Source: Betaproteobacteria bacterium (lineage in GTDB: Bacteria > Pseudomonadota > Gammaproteobacteria > Burkholderiales > CAIKXV01). From it: a DNA stretch of 64,000 bases. Positions 10,814 to 20,859 of the stretch are shown piece by piece (the first letter of the stretch is position 1; each line of letters opens with the position of its first letter). Below the pieces are notes generated by a model. It ran no database searches, was not told the origin of the DNA, and saw only the letters and a list, made by a program, of their open reading frames with translations. The translations under genes and the position numbers were made by a program. The stretch lies in NCBI GenBank assembly GCA_947457885.1, contig CANGXU010000001.1:34471-98470 (forward strand), read 5' to 3'.

Positions 10814-11023
10814 TCAGGCCGCTTTCCTGGCGTATTTCTGGCGGAACTTCTCGACGCGGCCTGCCGTATCGAGGATCTTCTGCTTGCCGGTGTAGAAAGG
10901 ATGGCAGGCAGCGCACACCTCGACCTGCAGGTCTTTGGCGAGCGTCGAACGTGTCTTGAAGCTGTTGCCGCAGCTGCAGGTGACCGTGATCTCGGAATAC
11001 GTCGGATGGACTTCGGCTTTCAT
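10814..11023 (-). CDS. rpmE: 50S ribosomal protein L31 (zinc-binding type A)
   Basis: [49 protein letters not shown] matches E. coli L31, including the CxC...CxxC motif. Real start is at 11023 (the ORF-track start at 11215 is spurious). Confidence 0.96.
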   Translation of the reverse strand: MKAEVHPTYSEITVTCSCGNSFKTRSTLAKDLQVEVCAACHPFYTGKQKILDTAGRVEKFRQKYARKAA

Positions 11024-11138
11024 GGGGAGACCCTTCGTTCTCTGTTCTTCGGCACTCTGTCTGCCGCAAAACCGCGAATGATAACAGGGGCATAGGCTTT
11101 TGGCCAATCCCCTTGCCGACAGCCGGCGCGGCCGATGC

Positions 11139-11468
11139 CTACAGGTGGCTGTCGATGAACGCGGTGAGCTGCGACTTAGACATCGCACCGACCTTGGTCG
11201 CCTCGACTGCACCACCCTTGAACAGCATCAAGGTCGGGATGCCGCGCACGTTGTATTTCGTCGGGACACCGGAATTCTGGTCGATGTTGACCTTCGCCAC
11301 CTTGAGTCGGCCGGCGTATTCGCCTGCGACGTCGTCGAGCACGGGTGCGATCAGCTTGCACGGACCGCACCATTCGGCCCAGTAATCGACCAGGACGGGG
11401 GTTTCGGACTGGAGCACGTCGTGTTCGAACGTGGCGTCGCTGACGTGGAGGATCTGATCGCTGCTCAT
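11139..11468 (-). CDS. trxA: Thioredoxin 1
   Basis: 109 aa with the WCGPC active site and a full-length match to TrxA ([21 protein letters not shown]). Confidence 0.97.
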   Translation of the reverse strand: MSSDQILHVSDATFEHDVLQSETPVLVDYWAEWCGPCKLIAPVLDDVAGEYAGRLKVAKVNIDQNSGVPTKYNVRGIPTLMLFKGGAVEATKVGAMSKSQLTAFIDSHL

Positions 11469-11659
11469 GGCAACCTCGTTGCGTTGTTGTACCGGATGCG
11501 GGACGTCGACAGGCAGGGGGATGCGGTGCCTTGCTGCCCCGAAGCGTAGCCGAAAAAACGTCCGCCGCGTGCAGGTGCCTGCAATCGGGCCTGCCCGGCC
11601 CGGTCGCTGATAACATATCGACCTGCCGAAGCACGGACCAGAGAGAGGATTGCCGCACC

Positions 11660-11983
11660 ATGGCTTATGTCGTCACCGAAAGCTGCATCAAGTGCAAGTA
11701 CACCGACTGCGTCGACGTGTGCCCGGTGGATTGTTTCCGTGAGGGTCCGAACATGCTGGTGATCGACCCGGACGAGTGCATCGATTGCACCCTCTGCGTC
11801 GCCGAGTGCCCGGTCGAGGCGATCTTCGCGGAAGACGACGTGCCGGACGGCCAGCAGGACTTCATCAAGCTGAACGCCGAACTGGCGAAAACATGGAAAC
11901 CCCTGATCGAGAAGAAGGACGAACTGCCCGGGGCGGACGAGTTTTCGAAGCTGAAGGAAAAGCGGCAGTATCTCGAGCGCTGA
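11660..11983 (+). CDS. fdxA: 7Fe ferredoxin (Azotobacter FdI type)
   Basis: [54 protein letters not shown] at 11660 follows GAGAGAGGA. The ORF-track start at 11531 is upstream junk. Confidence 0.95.
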   Translation: MAYVVTESCIKCKYTDCVDVCPVDCFREGPNMLVIDPDECIDCTLCVAECPVEAIFAEDDVPDGQQDFIKLNAELAKTWKPLIEKKDELPGADEFSKLKEKRQYLER

Positions 11984-12005
11984 TCGCGCTTCGTACCGGT
12001 CTCGG

Positions 12006-14891
12006 GTGCCCGGTCAAGGCGACATGAGCGAGGGCACCAGCGACCCGGCGGCTGCGCGGCCGATACTGCTGCGCCTGCCGTACTCCGGGTTCCTCAAGCA
12101 CGCCGCGACGGCGATCGTCGAGCGGCACCGCGACTGCTGGCCCGACCTCTCGGGACTGCTGGTCCTCGTCCCCGACCTCCATGCGGCCGGGGACGTGGCG
12201 CGTGCCTTGTCTGCGGCTGGCGGTGGCGCCCTGTTGCTGCCGCGCATCACCACGCTGCATGCGCTTGCCGCGACGGCGCCGGTCGCGTTGCGGGTTGTAC
12301 CGCAGTCGGTGCGCGAAGTGGAACTGTATTCGGCGCTCGCGCGGCGCCAGCCGTTCGCGGGCGCGGATGTCTGGGCGCTCGCCGCGGAACTGGTCGCGCT
12401 GTTCGACCGGATGACCCTGGCGCGCAGCCCGGTCTCGGCCGACCTGCAGACGTTCACCGCGACGCTGCGCGAGGCTTATCGCGCCGGGCACAGTCGGGCG
12501 CTCGAGTACGAAGCCTCGCTCGTTCACGAACTCTGGTGGGCACAGGTGGCCCATGCGGGCGACGTCGATCGTGCGCATGCCGCCGGCGTCGGCGGTACGA
12601 ACGGGCCGGCCGTCGATGCGGCCACCGCGCTTTCCCTGCGGCTGGCGGCAATCGCCGAAGCGATCGATACTCCCGTCCACGCGCTTGCGCTGGAGGATAC
12701 GCAGGGCGTCGAGGCGGCTTTCCTCGATGCCTGTGCGCGGCGGGTGGCGGTGCTGCGTATCGAACCGGGTGGCATCGAGGGCGGCGATGCCCTCGATGCC
12801 ACGCTCGACCTGGCATGGCCGCCTGCGACCGCCTTCGACGCCGGTACGCCCGGCCTTTCGATGCGCGACCGGGCAGGGCGCCTGGCCGCGGCGGTACAGT
12901 GCAGCCCGCTCGCAGGACGGCTGCGGTTCGCCCCGGCCGCGTCGCTCGAACAGCAGGCCGCAGTGATCGATGTCGCCGTACGCCGCGCGTTGCTGGATGG
13001 CCGCGGTCGCATCGGCGTGGTCGTGCTGGACCGGCTGGTCGCGCGCCGCGCGCGCGCGCTGCTCGAACGTGCCGGAGTGCCGGTTTCCGATGAGGCCGGA
13101 TGGCTGATGTCCACCACGGTTGCTGCCGCCTGTGTCGGACGCCTCCTCGACGTGGTGGCCAGTCGAGGCTACTACCGCGACCTGGTCGACCTGCTGCGCT
13201 CGCCGTTCGTGTTCGCCGACCTCGCTGCCGACCGGCGGCAAGCCGCCGTTGCCTGCATCGAGCGTACGCTGGCGCGCCATGACCTCGCGCAAGGCGTGGT
13301 GTCCATGATCCCTTTGCTCGCCGCGGTCGACGATCCAGCGGCGGCGCTGGCCCATGACCTGCTGGTGCGCATGTCCGGCGCGATCGCGCTGCTCGACGGC
13401 GCCGCGAGGCGGCCGCTGGCAGCGTGGCTGGAGGCGCTGGCCGACGCATTGTCGGCACTCGGTGCGTACGAGGCGCTTGCCTCGGATGCTGCCGGCGGCG
13501 ACCTGCTCGAACTGTTCGCGGTGCGGCGGGCCGAACTCCAGTCCAACACGTGGCGGGTGAACTTCGGGCAGTGGCGGTCGTGGATCGCGCGTACGCTTGA
13601 AGGCGCGACCTTCCGTCCCGATGATGGGCGCGGGCCGGTGGTGTTCACCTGGCTCGCGGCGAGCCGCCTGCGCAGCTTCGACTGCCTGGTGTTTGCCGGT
13701 GCCGACGCCGGGCACCTGCCGGCGGACGATCCACCCGGCAGCTTCTTCAACCAGCAGGTGCGTGCACGGCTCGGCCTGCCGACGCGGGCTCGGTTGCATG
13801 CCGAACTCGAGCGCAGCCTGCGCCTGGCGATCGCCGCGTCGGCCGAGGTGCTGGTGACGTGGCAGGCGCTGGTGTCCGGGGAGCCTGCGCTGCTCTCGCC
13901 GTGGTTCGCGCGGCTGCAGGCATTGCACCATCGTGCGTGGCCGCATACCCCGCTGCTGTTCGAGGTGGCGATCGCTCGGGCTGCGGTGGCTGCCCCGCCC
14001 GGTGAGTTCCCGGTGCAGGCTCCTGTGCGCGCCGGTGCGCCGGCGGCGACCGTCCCATCCGCGCTCGCACCCCGCCGTCTGTCGGTCAGCGCGTACGAGG
14101 TGCTGATCGCCTGTCCCTACCGCTTCCATGCGCAGAACCTGCTCGGACTGCGTACGACCGACGAGGTCACCGAAGCGCTCGAAAAGGCGGACTTCGGTGA
14201 AATGATCCACGGCATCCTCGCCGCGTTCCATGACGAGGTCTCGCGCGTGACCGACCTCGGGGAAGCGCTTGCGATCGAACGCCTGCAGGCGCTGTCCCGC
14301 GAGCGTTTCGCACAGTCGATGGAGCGCAATTTCCTCGATCGCGCATGGCTTGCGCGCTGGATGGCGGGCATTCCGGCGTATGTCGACTGGCAACTCGGCC
14401 GGGAGGCCGCTGGCTGGTCGGTGCGCGAGTCCGAGGCCGATCGCGTGCTGTCGGTCGAGACGCCGTCGGGGCGTACGATCCAGTTGCGCGGGCGTCTCGA
14501 CCGTATCGATGGTCAAGCCGACGGCGCCGGTGGCTGGCTGCTGTCGGTGGTGGATTACAAGGCCCAGTCGACGGAAGTCCTCAGGAAGCGCGCCGAGGAT
14601 CCTGCCGAGCATGTGCAGTTGCCGTCCTACGTGCTGCTGGCCGGCGGCGCCGCGGTCGAGACGCTGTTCCTGTCGATCCATGGCGATTCGGTGACGGCGC
14701 TGAAGAGCCCGGGCGATCCGCAGTCGGCCGCACGATCGAACCTCGAGCGGCTGGGACGGCTGGCCGACCGCATCCACGACGGCATTCCGATGCCCGCCAA
14801 CGGCATCGAGGCGGCATGCAGTCACTGCGACATGCGTGGCCTGTGCAGGCGCGACCACTGGTCGGTGCCGCGCGAAGGGGAGGGGCGATGA
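12006..14891 (+). CDS. addB: AddB-type PD-(D/E)XK nuclease subunit of AddAB helicase-nuclease
   Basis: 961 aa with no Walker A motif. C-terminal nuclease motif GRLDRID...VVDYKAQS is flanked by Fe-S cysteines (ACPYRF ... CSHCDMRGLC). The stop overlaps the addA start (ATGA). Alternative start is at 12024. Confidence 0.8.
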   Translation: MPGQGDMSEGTSDPAAARPILLRLPYSGFLKHAATAIVERHRDCWPDLSGLLVLVPDLHAAGDVARALSAAGGGALLLPRITTLHALAATAPVALRVVPQSVREVELYSALARRQPFAGADVWALAAELVALFDRMTLARSPVSADLQTFTATLREAYRAGHSRALEYEASLVHELWWAQVAHAGDVDRAHAAGVGGTNGPAVDAATALSLRLAAIAEAIDTPVHALALEDTQGVEAAFLDACARRVAVLRIEPGGIEGGDALDATLDLAWPPATAFDAGTPGLSMRDRAGRLAAAVQCSPLAGRLRFAPAASLEQQAAVIDVAVRRALLDGRGRIGVVVLDRLVARRARALLERAGVPVSDEAGWLMSTTVAAACVGRLLDVVASRGYYRDLVDLLRSPFVFADLAADRRQAAVACIERTLARHDLAQGVVSMIPLLAAVDDPAAALAHDLLVRMSGAIALLDGAARRPLAAWLEALADALSALGAYEALASDAAGGDLLELFAVRRAELQSNTWRVNFGQWRSWIARTLEGATFRPDDGRGPVVFTWLAASRLRSFDCLVFAGADAGHLPADDPPGSFFNQQVRARLGLPTRARLHAELERSLRLAIAASAEVLVTWQALVSGEPALLSPWFARLQALHHRAWPHTPLLFEVAIARAAVAAPPGEFPVQAPVRAGAPAATVPSALAPRRLSVSAYEVLIACPYRFHAQNLLGLRTTDEVTEALEKADFGEMIHGILAAFHDEVSRVTDLGEALAIERLQALSRERFAQSMERNFLDRAWLARWMAGIPAYVDWQLGREAAGWSVRESEADRVLSVETPSGRTIQLRGRLDRIDGQADGAGGWLLSVVDYKAQSTEVLRKRAEDPAEHVQLPSYVLLAGGAAVETLFLSIHGDSVTALKSPGDPQSAARSNLERLGRLADRIHDGIPMPANGIEAACSHCDMRGLCRRDHWSVPREGEGR

Positions 14892-17800
14892 GCGACCAGC
14901 ACGAACTGGTCCGTACCGCGCTGGATCCGCAGCACTCGGTGGTAGTCTCCGCCTGTGCCGGCAGCGGCAAGACCTGGCTGCTCGTCTCGCGCATGTTCCG
15001 GCTGCTGCTCGACGGTGCGCCGCCTTCGTCGATCCTGGCGATCACCTTCACCCGCAAGGCTGCGCAGGAAATGACGGCACGGCTCGACCGGCTGCTGCAG
15101 GATGCGGCGATGGCCGATGACGAAGTCCTCGACCGGCTGCTGCAGGAGCGCGATGTCGCGCTGCCCGCCGATGCCGTCGCGCGCGAGGCGCTGCGAGAGC
15201 GCGCACGCTGCCTGTTCGAACGCGTGCTGACGGCGGAGCCGCCGCTCACCGTCTCGACCTTCCATGGCTGGTTCCTGCAGCTCGTGCAGCGCGCGCCGCT
15301 CGAGGCCGGGACGCTGTCCGGGCATTCGCTGACCGAGGAGGGGGCGGCGCTGGTCGCCGAGGCGATGCAGCGGTTCGGCGCGAAGGCGGCACGCTCGGCA
15401 CCGCTGGCGGCCGCGCTCGACCAGCTGTTCGCGCAGTGCGGGCTCGAGCCGACGCAATCGATGCTGCGCTCGTTCATCGCCAATCGCGCCTCCTGGTGGG
15501 CGATGACGCGGGACGAGGCCGAGCCGCTGCAGGCCATCATCGGCGTGCTCGCCAAGGCGCTGCCCGCGCCGCTCTGCGATGACCCTTCGATCGACCTGCT
15601 GCTGCCGGAACGCGGCGACGAAGGGCTGCTGCGCGATCTTGAAGCCTATCGCGAACTGCTCGCGCGCAACAACACCGGCAAGAACGACAACCAGCGGGCG
15701 GCGCTGCTGGACGAGGCCGCGGCATGTGCAGACCCGCTGCGCTGGCATGGGCTGGTCCGCGCCGCCCTGTACACCAAGGGAGGCGACGGTCCCCCGTTCA
15801 AGTACGAGGCGAACGACACGCGGCGCAATCGCCTCGGGGTCGAAGGGGAGGCGCGGTTCCTCGACCTGTTCGCTTCGATCACCACGCGGCTCGATGCACT
15901 GGCCGCGCTGCTGTGCGAGCAGCAGTCCTACCGCTTCAACGTGGCGACCTTCACCTGCGCGGTCGCGCTGCTTGCCGAGTACGACGCGGTGAAGCAGCAG
16001 CGCCAGGCCATCGATTTCGCGGACCTCGAGCAGCAGGCCTGCCGCCTGCTGACCGACGACGACCATGCCGCCTGCGTGCATGCCCGGCTCGATGCGCGCT
16101 ACCGGCACCTGCTGCTCGACGAGTTCCAGGACACCAACCCGCTGCAGTGGATGGCGCTGCGCGCATGGCTCGACGCGGCGCAGGCGGCGGGCGAGAAGCC
16201 CACGGTGTTCCTGGTCGGCGACCCGAAGCAGTCGATCTACCGTTTCCGTGGTGCCGAGGCGCTGCTGTTCGACGCCGCGCGCGACTTCCTGGTGGCGCAC
16301 TTCGACGCGCGCGTGCTCGACCAGGACCGCTCGCGTCGCTGCAGCGGTCCGGTGATCGACCTGGTCAACGCGCTGTTCGAGGGGCACGGGGTATTCGCCG
16401 GTTTCCGCACGCACGAGGCGTTCGACCGGCGCAAGCCCGGATGCGTCGAAGTACTGCCGATGATCGGCAAGGCCGATCCGAAGCCGCGCACGCCGGCCGA
16501 TGCCGGCGTCACGTTGCGCGATCCGCTCGATGGCCCGCGCGCAGAGGCAGAGGACCTGCGTGTCGCGCAGGAAGCGGCGCAACTGGTCGAGGGTCTGCGC
16601 CGCTGGCGGGGCCATGCGGTGATCGGCGACGATGGCAACCCGCGGCCGGCGCGCTGGCGTGACATGCTGGTTCTGGTGCGCACCCGCGGCCGGCTCGACG
16701 TCTACGAGCGCGCATTGCGCGATGCCGGCATCCCGTGCAGCAGCTCGCGCCTGGGCGGACTGCTCGATACGCTCGAAGTCCGCGACATGGTCGCGCTGCT
16801 ACGCTTCCTGGTGGCGCCGCACGACGGGCTCGCGCTTGCGCACGTGCTGCGCTCGCCGGTGTTCTCGCTGGCGGATGCCGACCTCGTCGAGATCGTGTCG
16901 TTCGGTGCCGTGCCGGCGGCAGACGGCAGCGTGCAGCCGTGTGCGCCGCCCGACCTGTACCGCAGGCTGTGCGAGCGCGCGGCGGCACCGGGCGCAGGTG
17001 CCTGTATCCGGCGGGCGGCCTCGCTGCTCGGGCGCTGGTTCGGGCTTGCGGGTACTCGGCCGGTTCACGACCTGCTCGATGCTGTCTTCTTCGAGGGCGA
17101 CGTGCTGGCGCGCTATCGTGCGGCCGTGCCGGTCAGTGCCGCTGCTTCGGTCGAGGCCAACCTGCATGCGTTGATCGAGCATGCACTGTCTGCAGACGCC
17201 GGCCGCTTCCCGACGCTGGCGCGTTTCGTCGACGATCTGCGCGACCTCGCGGATCTGCCGGCCCAGGAGGCGCTCGACGAGCCGGTGGCCGGCGACGCTG
17301 GCGAGGCGGTTCGCTTCATGACCATTCATGGGGCCAAGGGGTTGGAGGCACCGATCGTCTGGCTGCTCGATACGGCATCGAAGAGTCCGCCGCAGCGCGG
17401 CTACCAGTCGCTGGTCGAATGGCCGGCCGATGAACCGTCGCCGGCGCACTTCTCCTTCTGGACGCGCGAGGCAGCGATGTGCGCCGTGCAGCGCGACGTG
17501 TTCGAGCGAGCGAAGGCACGCGCCGCGCGCGAGGAAATGAACCTGCTCTATGTCGCGGTGACGCGGGCGAAGCAGGTGCTGGTGGTCAGCGGTCATCATC
17601 GTAGCGGCGCAGACAATGCCTGGTATCCGCTGCTGCGCCAGGCGGTGCTCCGGTTGCGCGGCGACTCGGAAGATCCGGGCGGCGTACTCGGGTTCGGACC
17701 GGGCTTGCCGGTGCCGTCCGGCATGGCCGGGGGGGGCTGCGCGGCGGCCGATGCCCTGCGCCCGCATGCCGGTTCGTGGCCTGCGCTCGACCCGGCCTGC

Positions 17801-18391
17801 GCCCCGGCGCCGGATCCGCGGATGAACACGCCGCTGGATATCTGCGTCCCGGCGACAGCGTCGCCGGCCGTTCTCAACCGCGCAGGGGTCCGCTACGGAG
17901 AACTGTTCCATGCGCTGATGGAGCACCTGACTGGATCGGCCCCGATGTGCGAGCCGATGACCGACGGGTCGATGGCCGCACGCATCGCGCGCCTGGATGC
18001 GCCGATGCGCGAGCGGCTGCGCGAAGCCCTGGGCGCTGGCGCGTCCGAATTCGATGCGTTGTGGCAGCAGGCGCTGCGCTTGCTGGCCAGTCCTTCGCTC
18101 GCATGCTTCTTCGATCCCGCGCTCTACCTGCGCGCGCGCAACGAAGTGCCCTACCTCGACGCGACCGGCGCATTGCGCAGGGTGGACCGGCTTGTCGAGT
18201 TCGACGACGCGGTCTGGGTGATCGACTACAAGACCGGCGACCCGTCGGCGCTGGCGCCATGGCTCGATGTGTACCTGGCGCAGGTCGGGGCGTATGCCGC
18301 TGCGATGGTGGCGCTGCACCCCGGCAAGTCCGTGTCCGCCGCGCTGATGCTCGGTGATGGCTCGCTGGTGCGCTGGACGCCTTCCGTATAA
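14888..18391 (+). CDS. addA: AddA-type UvrD/Rep superfamily-1 helicase with C-terminal nuclease
   Basis: Start MSDQHELV at 14888. Motifs: Walker A ACAGSGKTW, FTRKAAQEM, LLLDEFQDTNPLQW, GDPKQSIYRFRGA, TIHGAKGLE, and C-terminal VWVIDYKTG. The ORF-track start at 14345 lies inside addB. Confidence 0.85.
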   Translation: MSDQHELVRTALDPQHSVVVSACAGSGKTWLLVSRMFRLLLDGAPPSSILAITFTRKAAQEMTARLDRLLQDAAMADDEVLDRLLQERDVALPADAVAREALRERARCLFERVLTAEPPLTVSTFHGWFLQLVQRAPLEAGTLSGHSLTEEGAALVAEAMQRFGAKAARSAPLAAALDQLFAQCGLEPTQSMLRSFIANRASWWAMTRDEAEPLQAIIGVLAKALPAPLCDDPSIDLLLPERGDEGLLRDLEAYRELLARNNTGKNDNQRAALLDEAAACADPLRWHGLVRAALYTKGGDGPPFKYEANDTRRNRLGVEGEARFLDLFASITTRLDALAALLCEQQSYRFNVATFTCAVALLAEYDAVKQQRQAIDFADLEQQACRLLTDDDHAACVHARLDARYRHLLLDEFQDTNPLQWMALRAWLDAAQAAGEKPTVFLVGDPKQSIYRFRGAEALLFDAARDFLVAHFDARVLDQDRSRRCSGPVIDLVNALFEGHGVFAGFRTHEAFDRRKPGCVEVLPMIGKADPKPRTPADAGVTLRDPLDGPRAEAEDLRVAQEAAQLVEGLRRWRGHAVIGDDGNPRPARWRDMLVLVRTRGRLDVYERALRDAGIPCSSSRLGGLLDTLEVRDMVALLRFLVAPHDGLALAHVLRSPVFSLADADLVEIVSFGAVPAADGSVQPCAPPDLYRRLCERAAAPGAGACIRRAASLLGRWFGLAGTRPVHDLLDAVFFEGDVLARYRAAVPVSAAASVEANLHALIEHALSADAGRFPTLARFVDDLRDLADLPAQEALDEPVAGDAGEAVRFMTIHGAKGLEAPIVWLLDTASKSPPQRGYQSLVEWPADEPSPAHFSFWTREAAMCAVQRDVFERAKARAAREEMNLLYVAVTRAKQVLVVSGHHRSGADNAWYPLLRQAVLRLRGDSEDPGGVLGFGPGLPVPSGMAGGGCAAADALRPHAGSWPALDPACAPAPDPRMNTPLDICVPATASPAVLNRAGVRYGELFHALMEHLTGSAPMCEPMTDGSMAARIARLDAPMRERLREALGAGASEFDALWQQALRLLASPSLACFFDPALYLRARNEVPYLDATGALRRVDRLVEFDDAVWVIDYKTGDPSALAPWLDVYLAQVGAYAAAMVALHPGKSVSAALMLGDGSLVRWTPSV

Positions 18392-18416
18392 TCCACCCTC
18401 ACCGACGGATCCGACC

Positions 18417-19370
18417 ATGCCCGGAACAGATGCTGCCGCCGCGCCCGCTGTCGCCCCTCCCGCGCCGCGCCTGCTGAACGTGCTGGGCTGCGGCAAGGCT
18501 GGCCGGGCGATCGCGCGCCTGCTCCGCGACCAGGGCCTGTGCACGCTCGGCGACATCGCTAATCGCAGCCTCTCGAGCGCTGCGTCGGCTGTGCAGTTCA
18601 TCGGTGCCGGCACGCCGAAGACCTGCGCCGATTGCATGGATTCCGCGGGTCTTTGGCTGATCGCGACCGGCGACGATGCGATCGCGCCGGCGGCAGTGGC
18701 GCTGGCCGCCAGCGGACGCCTGCGCCACGGAGATGTCGTGTTCCACCTCAGTGGCGCGACCGCGTCGGCTGCACTCGAGCCCTGCGCCAGGGCCGGCGCT
18801 GCAGTTGCAAGTGTGCATCCGGTGAAGAACTTCAGCGACCCGCAGGCCAGCGTGCGCACCTTCGACGGCACCTGGTGCGGTTGTGAGGGCGATCCAGCCG
18901 CGCTGGCATGGCTCGAGCCGGCGTTCGAGCGCCTCGGCGCCCGGCGGTTCGCGATCGATGCGCGCTACAAGGCGCTCTACCACGGCGGGGGGGCGTTCGC
19001 CTGCAACTTCATCCCGGTGCTGATGGAACTGGCGATGCGTTGCGAGGAGCGCGCCGGCATCCCGCGCGCGGTCGCGCTCGACATGTTCGAGCCGATCGCC
19101 CGCGAGACGCTGGATGCCGTGTTCCGGCAGGGCATCGCACCGGCCCTCGCCGGGCCGGTTTCGCGAGGCGACGCCGGGACCGTCGCACGCCATCTCGCCG
19201 CGATGGGCGAGTGGGATCCGCAGGTGGCGCGGGTCTATGCACACCTGGGCGATATCGCGGTCGACATCGTACGGTCGCTCGGCCGCGTGGACGACGATCG
19301 CCTTGAAGCCACGCGCGCAGCGATGCGCTCGCTGGCCGGGCTTGTTCCTTCTACGGACACGCCATCATGA
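18417..19370 (+). CDS. DUF2520-type Rossmann-fold protein (predicted NAD(P) oxidoreductase)
   Basis: N-terminal LNVLGCGKAGRAIARLL dinucleotide fold. C-terminal ...GPVSRGDAGTVARHL is typical of DUF2520. ATG at 18417 lies 25 bp after the addA stop. Confidence 0.7.
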   Translation: MPGTDAAAAPAVAPPAPRLLNVLGCGKAGRAIARLLRDQGLCTLGDIANRSLSSAASAVQFIGAGTPKTCADCMDSAGLWLIATGDDAIAPAAVALAASGRLRHGDVVFHLSGATASAALEPCARAGAAVASVHPVKNFSDPQASVRTFDGTWCGCEGDPAALAWLEPAFERLGARRFAIDARYKALYHGGGAFACNFIPVLMELAMRCEERAGIPRAVALDMFEPIARETLDAVFRQGIAPALAGPVSRGDAGTVARHLAAMGEWDPQVARVYAHLGDIAVDIVRSLGRVDDDRLEATRAAMRSLAGLVPSTDTPS

Positions 19371-20371
19371 GCGACATCCATTCCGGCGTCGTCGCGGTGC
19401 ATGCGCCCGGCGAGGGCATCCGTGCGCGAGTGCTGCAGGCGATCGCGGACAACCGGACGCCGGGGTTGCATTTCGTCGGTCATTTCATGGGCACTACCTG
19501 GGACGAAGTGACGCCCGAGCACGCGCGCCTGTCCATCGAGACCGCACCGCACTCTACCGATGCCGGCGGCGAGGCCAACCTCGTGATGGTCACCACTCTG
19601 ATCGATATGGCGCTTGCCAACGCGATCCGCGCCGGCCTGTCGATGGAGGCCGGCATGCGGCTGGGCACGGTCAGCCTGCACGTCGCATTCACCGGCATAC
19701 CGCTTGCCGGCCGGCTGGAAGCGGTCGCGCGGTGCGAAGGCTGGGTCGAAGGCGCGCTGACGCGGCAGGGCATCGCGCACTGCCGCCTGACCGCCGGCGG
19801 GCGCGTCGCCTGCATCGCGTCGGGGACCTTCATGGAACTGCCGCCGCCGGTCGGCGTCACGCTGGCGCCGCTTCCCTGGCAGCCAGGGGGGATGCCCCCG
19901 GGCGGTACCATCACCACGCGCGACCTCGATGCCCGCGAGCGCGGTATCTGGAACCGGGTGGACGAGGCGCTCGGGCGTGCCGATGGTCGCACCTCGTTCG
20001 TCGAACACCTGTTCGCGCAGTTCCCGGTGCCGGATGGCGCGGGTCGCGCGCACTGCCGGATGCCTATGGGACTGCATGCCGGCAACCGCGTCGGCCATGC
20101 GCAGGGCGGCGTCACCTTTGCGCTGGCCGCGCGCACGGCCTGCGCCGCGGCTCCGGCCGGGCACCGGCTGGTCGAGGCATCGGCCTGGTATCTGAGTCCG
20201 GGGGAAGGGCGATCGTTGAAGGCTGCCTCGAAGGTGAGCCGTGCCGGGCGGCGGCTGTCGGTCGTGGACACTCTCGTCAGCGGCAAGGGCAACAGCCGCA
20301 CGCTCGAGATGGTGTCCACGCACTGCGCGTGCGACACCCCGGCGGCCGCGGGCGCCGGCGCGCCCGTCTGA
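19367..20371 (+). CDS. Tandem (double) hotdog-fold PaaI-family thioesterase
   Basis: Two PaaI-like halves (residues about 30-160 and about 200-320; the second carries GHAQGGVTFALA). The start overlaps the DUF2520 stop (ATGA). Confidence 0.7.
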   Translation: MSDIHSGVVAVHAPGEGIRARVLQAIADNRTPGLHFVGHFMGTTWDEVTPEHARLSIETAPHSTDAGGEANLVMVTTLIDMALANAIRAGLSMEAGMRLGTVSLHVAFTGIPLAGRLEAVARCEGWVEGALTRQGIAHCRLTAGGRVACIASGTFMELPPPVGVTLAPLPWQPGGMPPGGTITTRDLDARERGIWNRVDEALGRADGRTSFVEHLFAQFPVPDGAGRAHCRMPMGLHAGNRVGHAQGGVTFALAARTACAAAPAGHRLVEASAWYLSPGEGRSLKAASKVSRAGRRLSVVDTLVSGKGNSRTLEMVSTHCACDTPAAAGAGAPV

Positions 20372-20418
20372 ACGCACGGAGCACTGGTCGCGCGCCTGCG
20401 CCCGTGGCACGATCGCGA

Positions 20419-20859
20419 ATGGACTCCCTGCGCACCTACCTCGACCACTTCGTCGCCGACACGCTCGATCGTTGCACCCGCTGCGGCAAGTGCTACGAGG
20501 CCTGTCCGATGACGTCCTATGCCCCTGCACTGGCCGGGGTATCGCCGCCGTCGGTGGTCGAAGGATTGCTGCCGCTGCTCAGGGGCGGGCAGGGAACGGA
20601 TGAAGCCGTCGCCTGGGTGAAGATATGCACGCAGTCGTCGCGGTGCACCGAGGCGTGTCCCGAGGGCATCAACGCGATGCTGATGGTGCGCGTGGCACGC
20701 ATGGGGGCCCTCGGCTCCCTCGGCGGCGAGGCGCAGATGCAGGCCACGGAAGATCCACTGTTCTTCCGCAAGATCGAAGCGTTCGCCGCGACCCAGCTGA
20801 CTGCCGAGGAGATCGAGCAGTGGCATCGCGCCAGCCCCCGGGAGCGTACGGCATCATGA
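20419..20859 (+). CDS. HdrC-like 2x[4Fe-4S] ferredoxin-domain protein
   Basis: MDSLRTYLD... with CTRCGKCYEACP and CTQSSRCTEACP cluster motifs. In frame with the tail of track ORF 19114..20859. Confidence 0.75.
   Translation: MDSLRTYLDHFVADTLDRCTRCGKCYEACPMTSYAPALAGVSPPSVVEGLLPLLRGGQGTDEAVAWVKICTQSSRCTEACPEGINAMLMVRVARMGALGSLGGEAQMQATEDPLFFRKIEAFAATQLTAEEIEQWHRASPRERTAS

Noticed and set aside
11865-14858. 997-aa minus-strand ORF opposite addB. Similar shadow ORFs include 3470..5803, 7117..8736, 14822..16615, 16799..18871, 27535..29352, 33523..35031, 34532..37021, 36751..38097, 48610..50550, 51614..53212 and 60394..61902.
   Set aside because: Each overlaps a gene on the other strand that has clear family motifs. 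The translations are R/P/A/G-biased with no recognisable domains. These are GC-driven open frames.
17729-17736. G8 homopolymer inside addA, with G7 runs at about 18968 and about 24194, as possible phase-variation tracts
   Set aside because: Runs of this length are expected by chance at this GC content. They lie in reading frames that remain intact and encode Gly-rich linkers, and there is no evidence of slippage.
12006-18391. Helicase plus PD-(D/E)XK nuclease pair considered as an anti-phage defence system (Gabija- or Hachiman-like)
   Set aside because: Domain order, sizes (961/1167 aa), the Fe-S staple cysteines and the dual nuclease motifs fit AddAB repair enzymes. The flanks are housekeeping genes, with no mobile-element or island signature.
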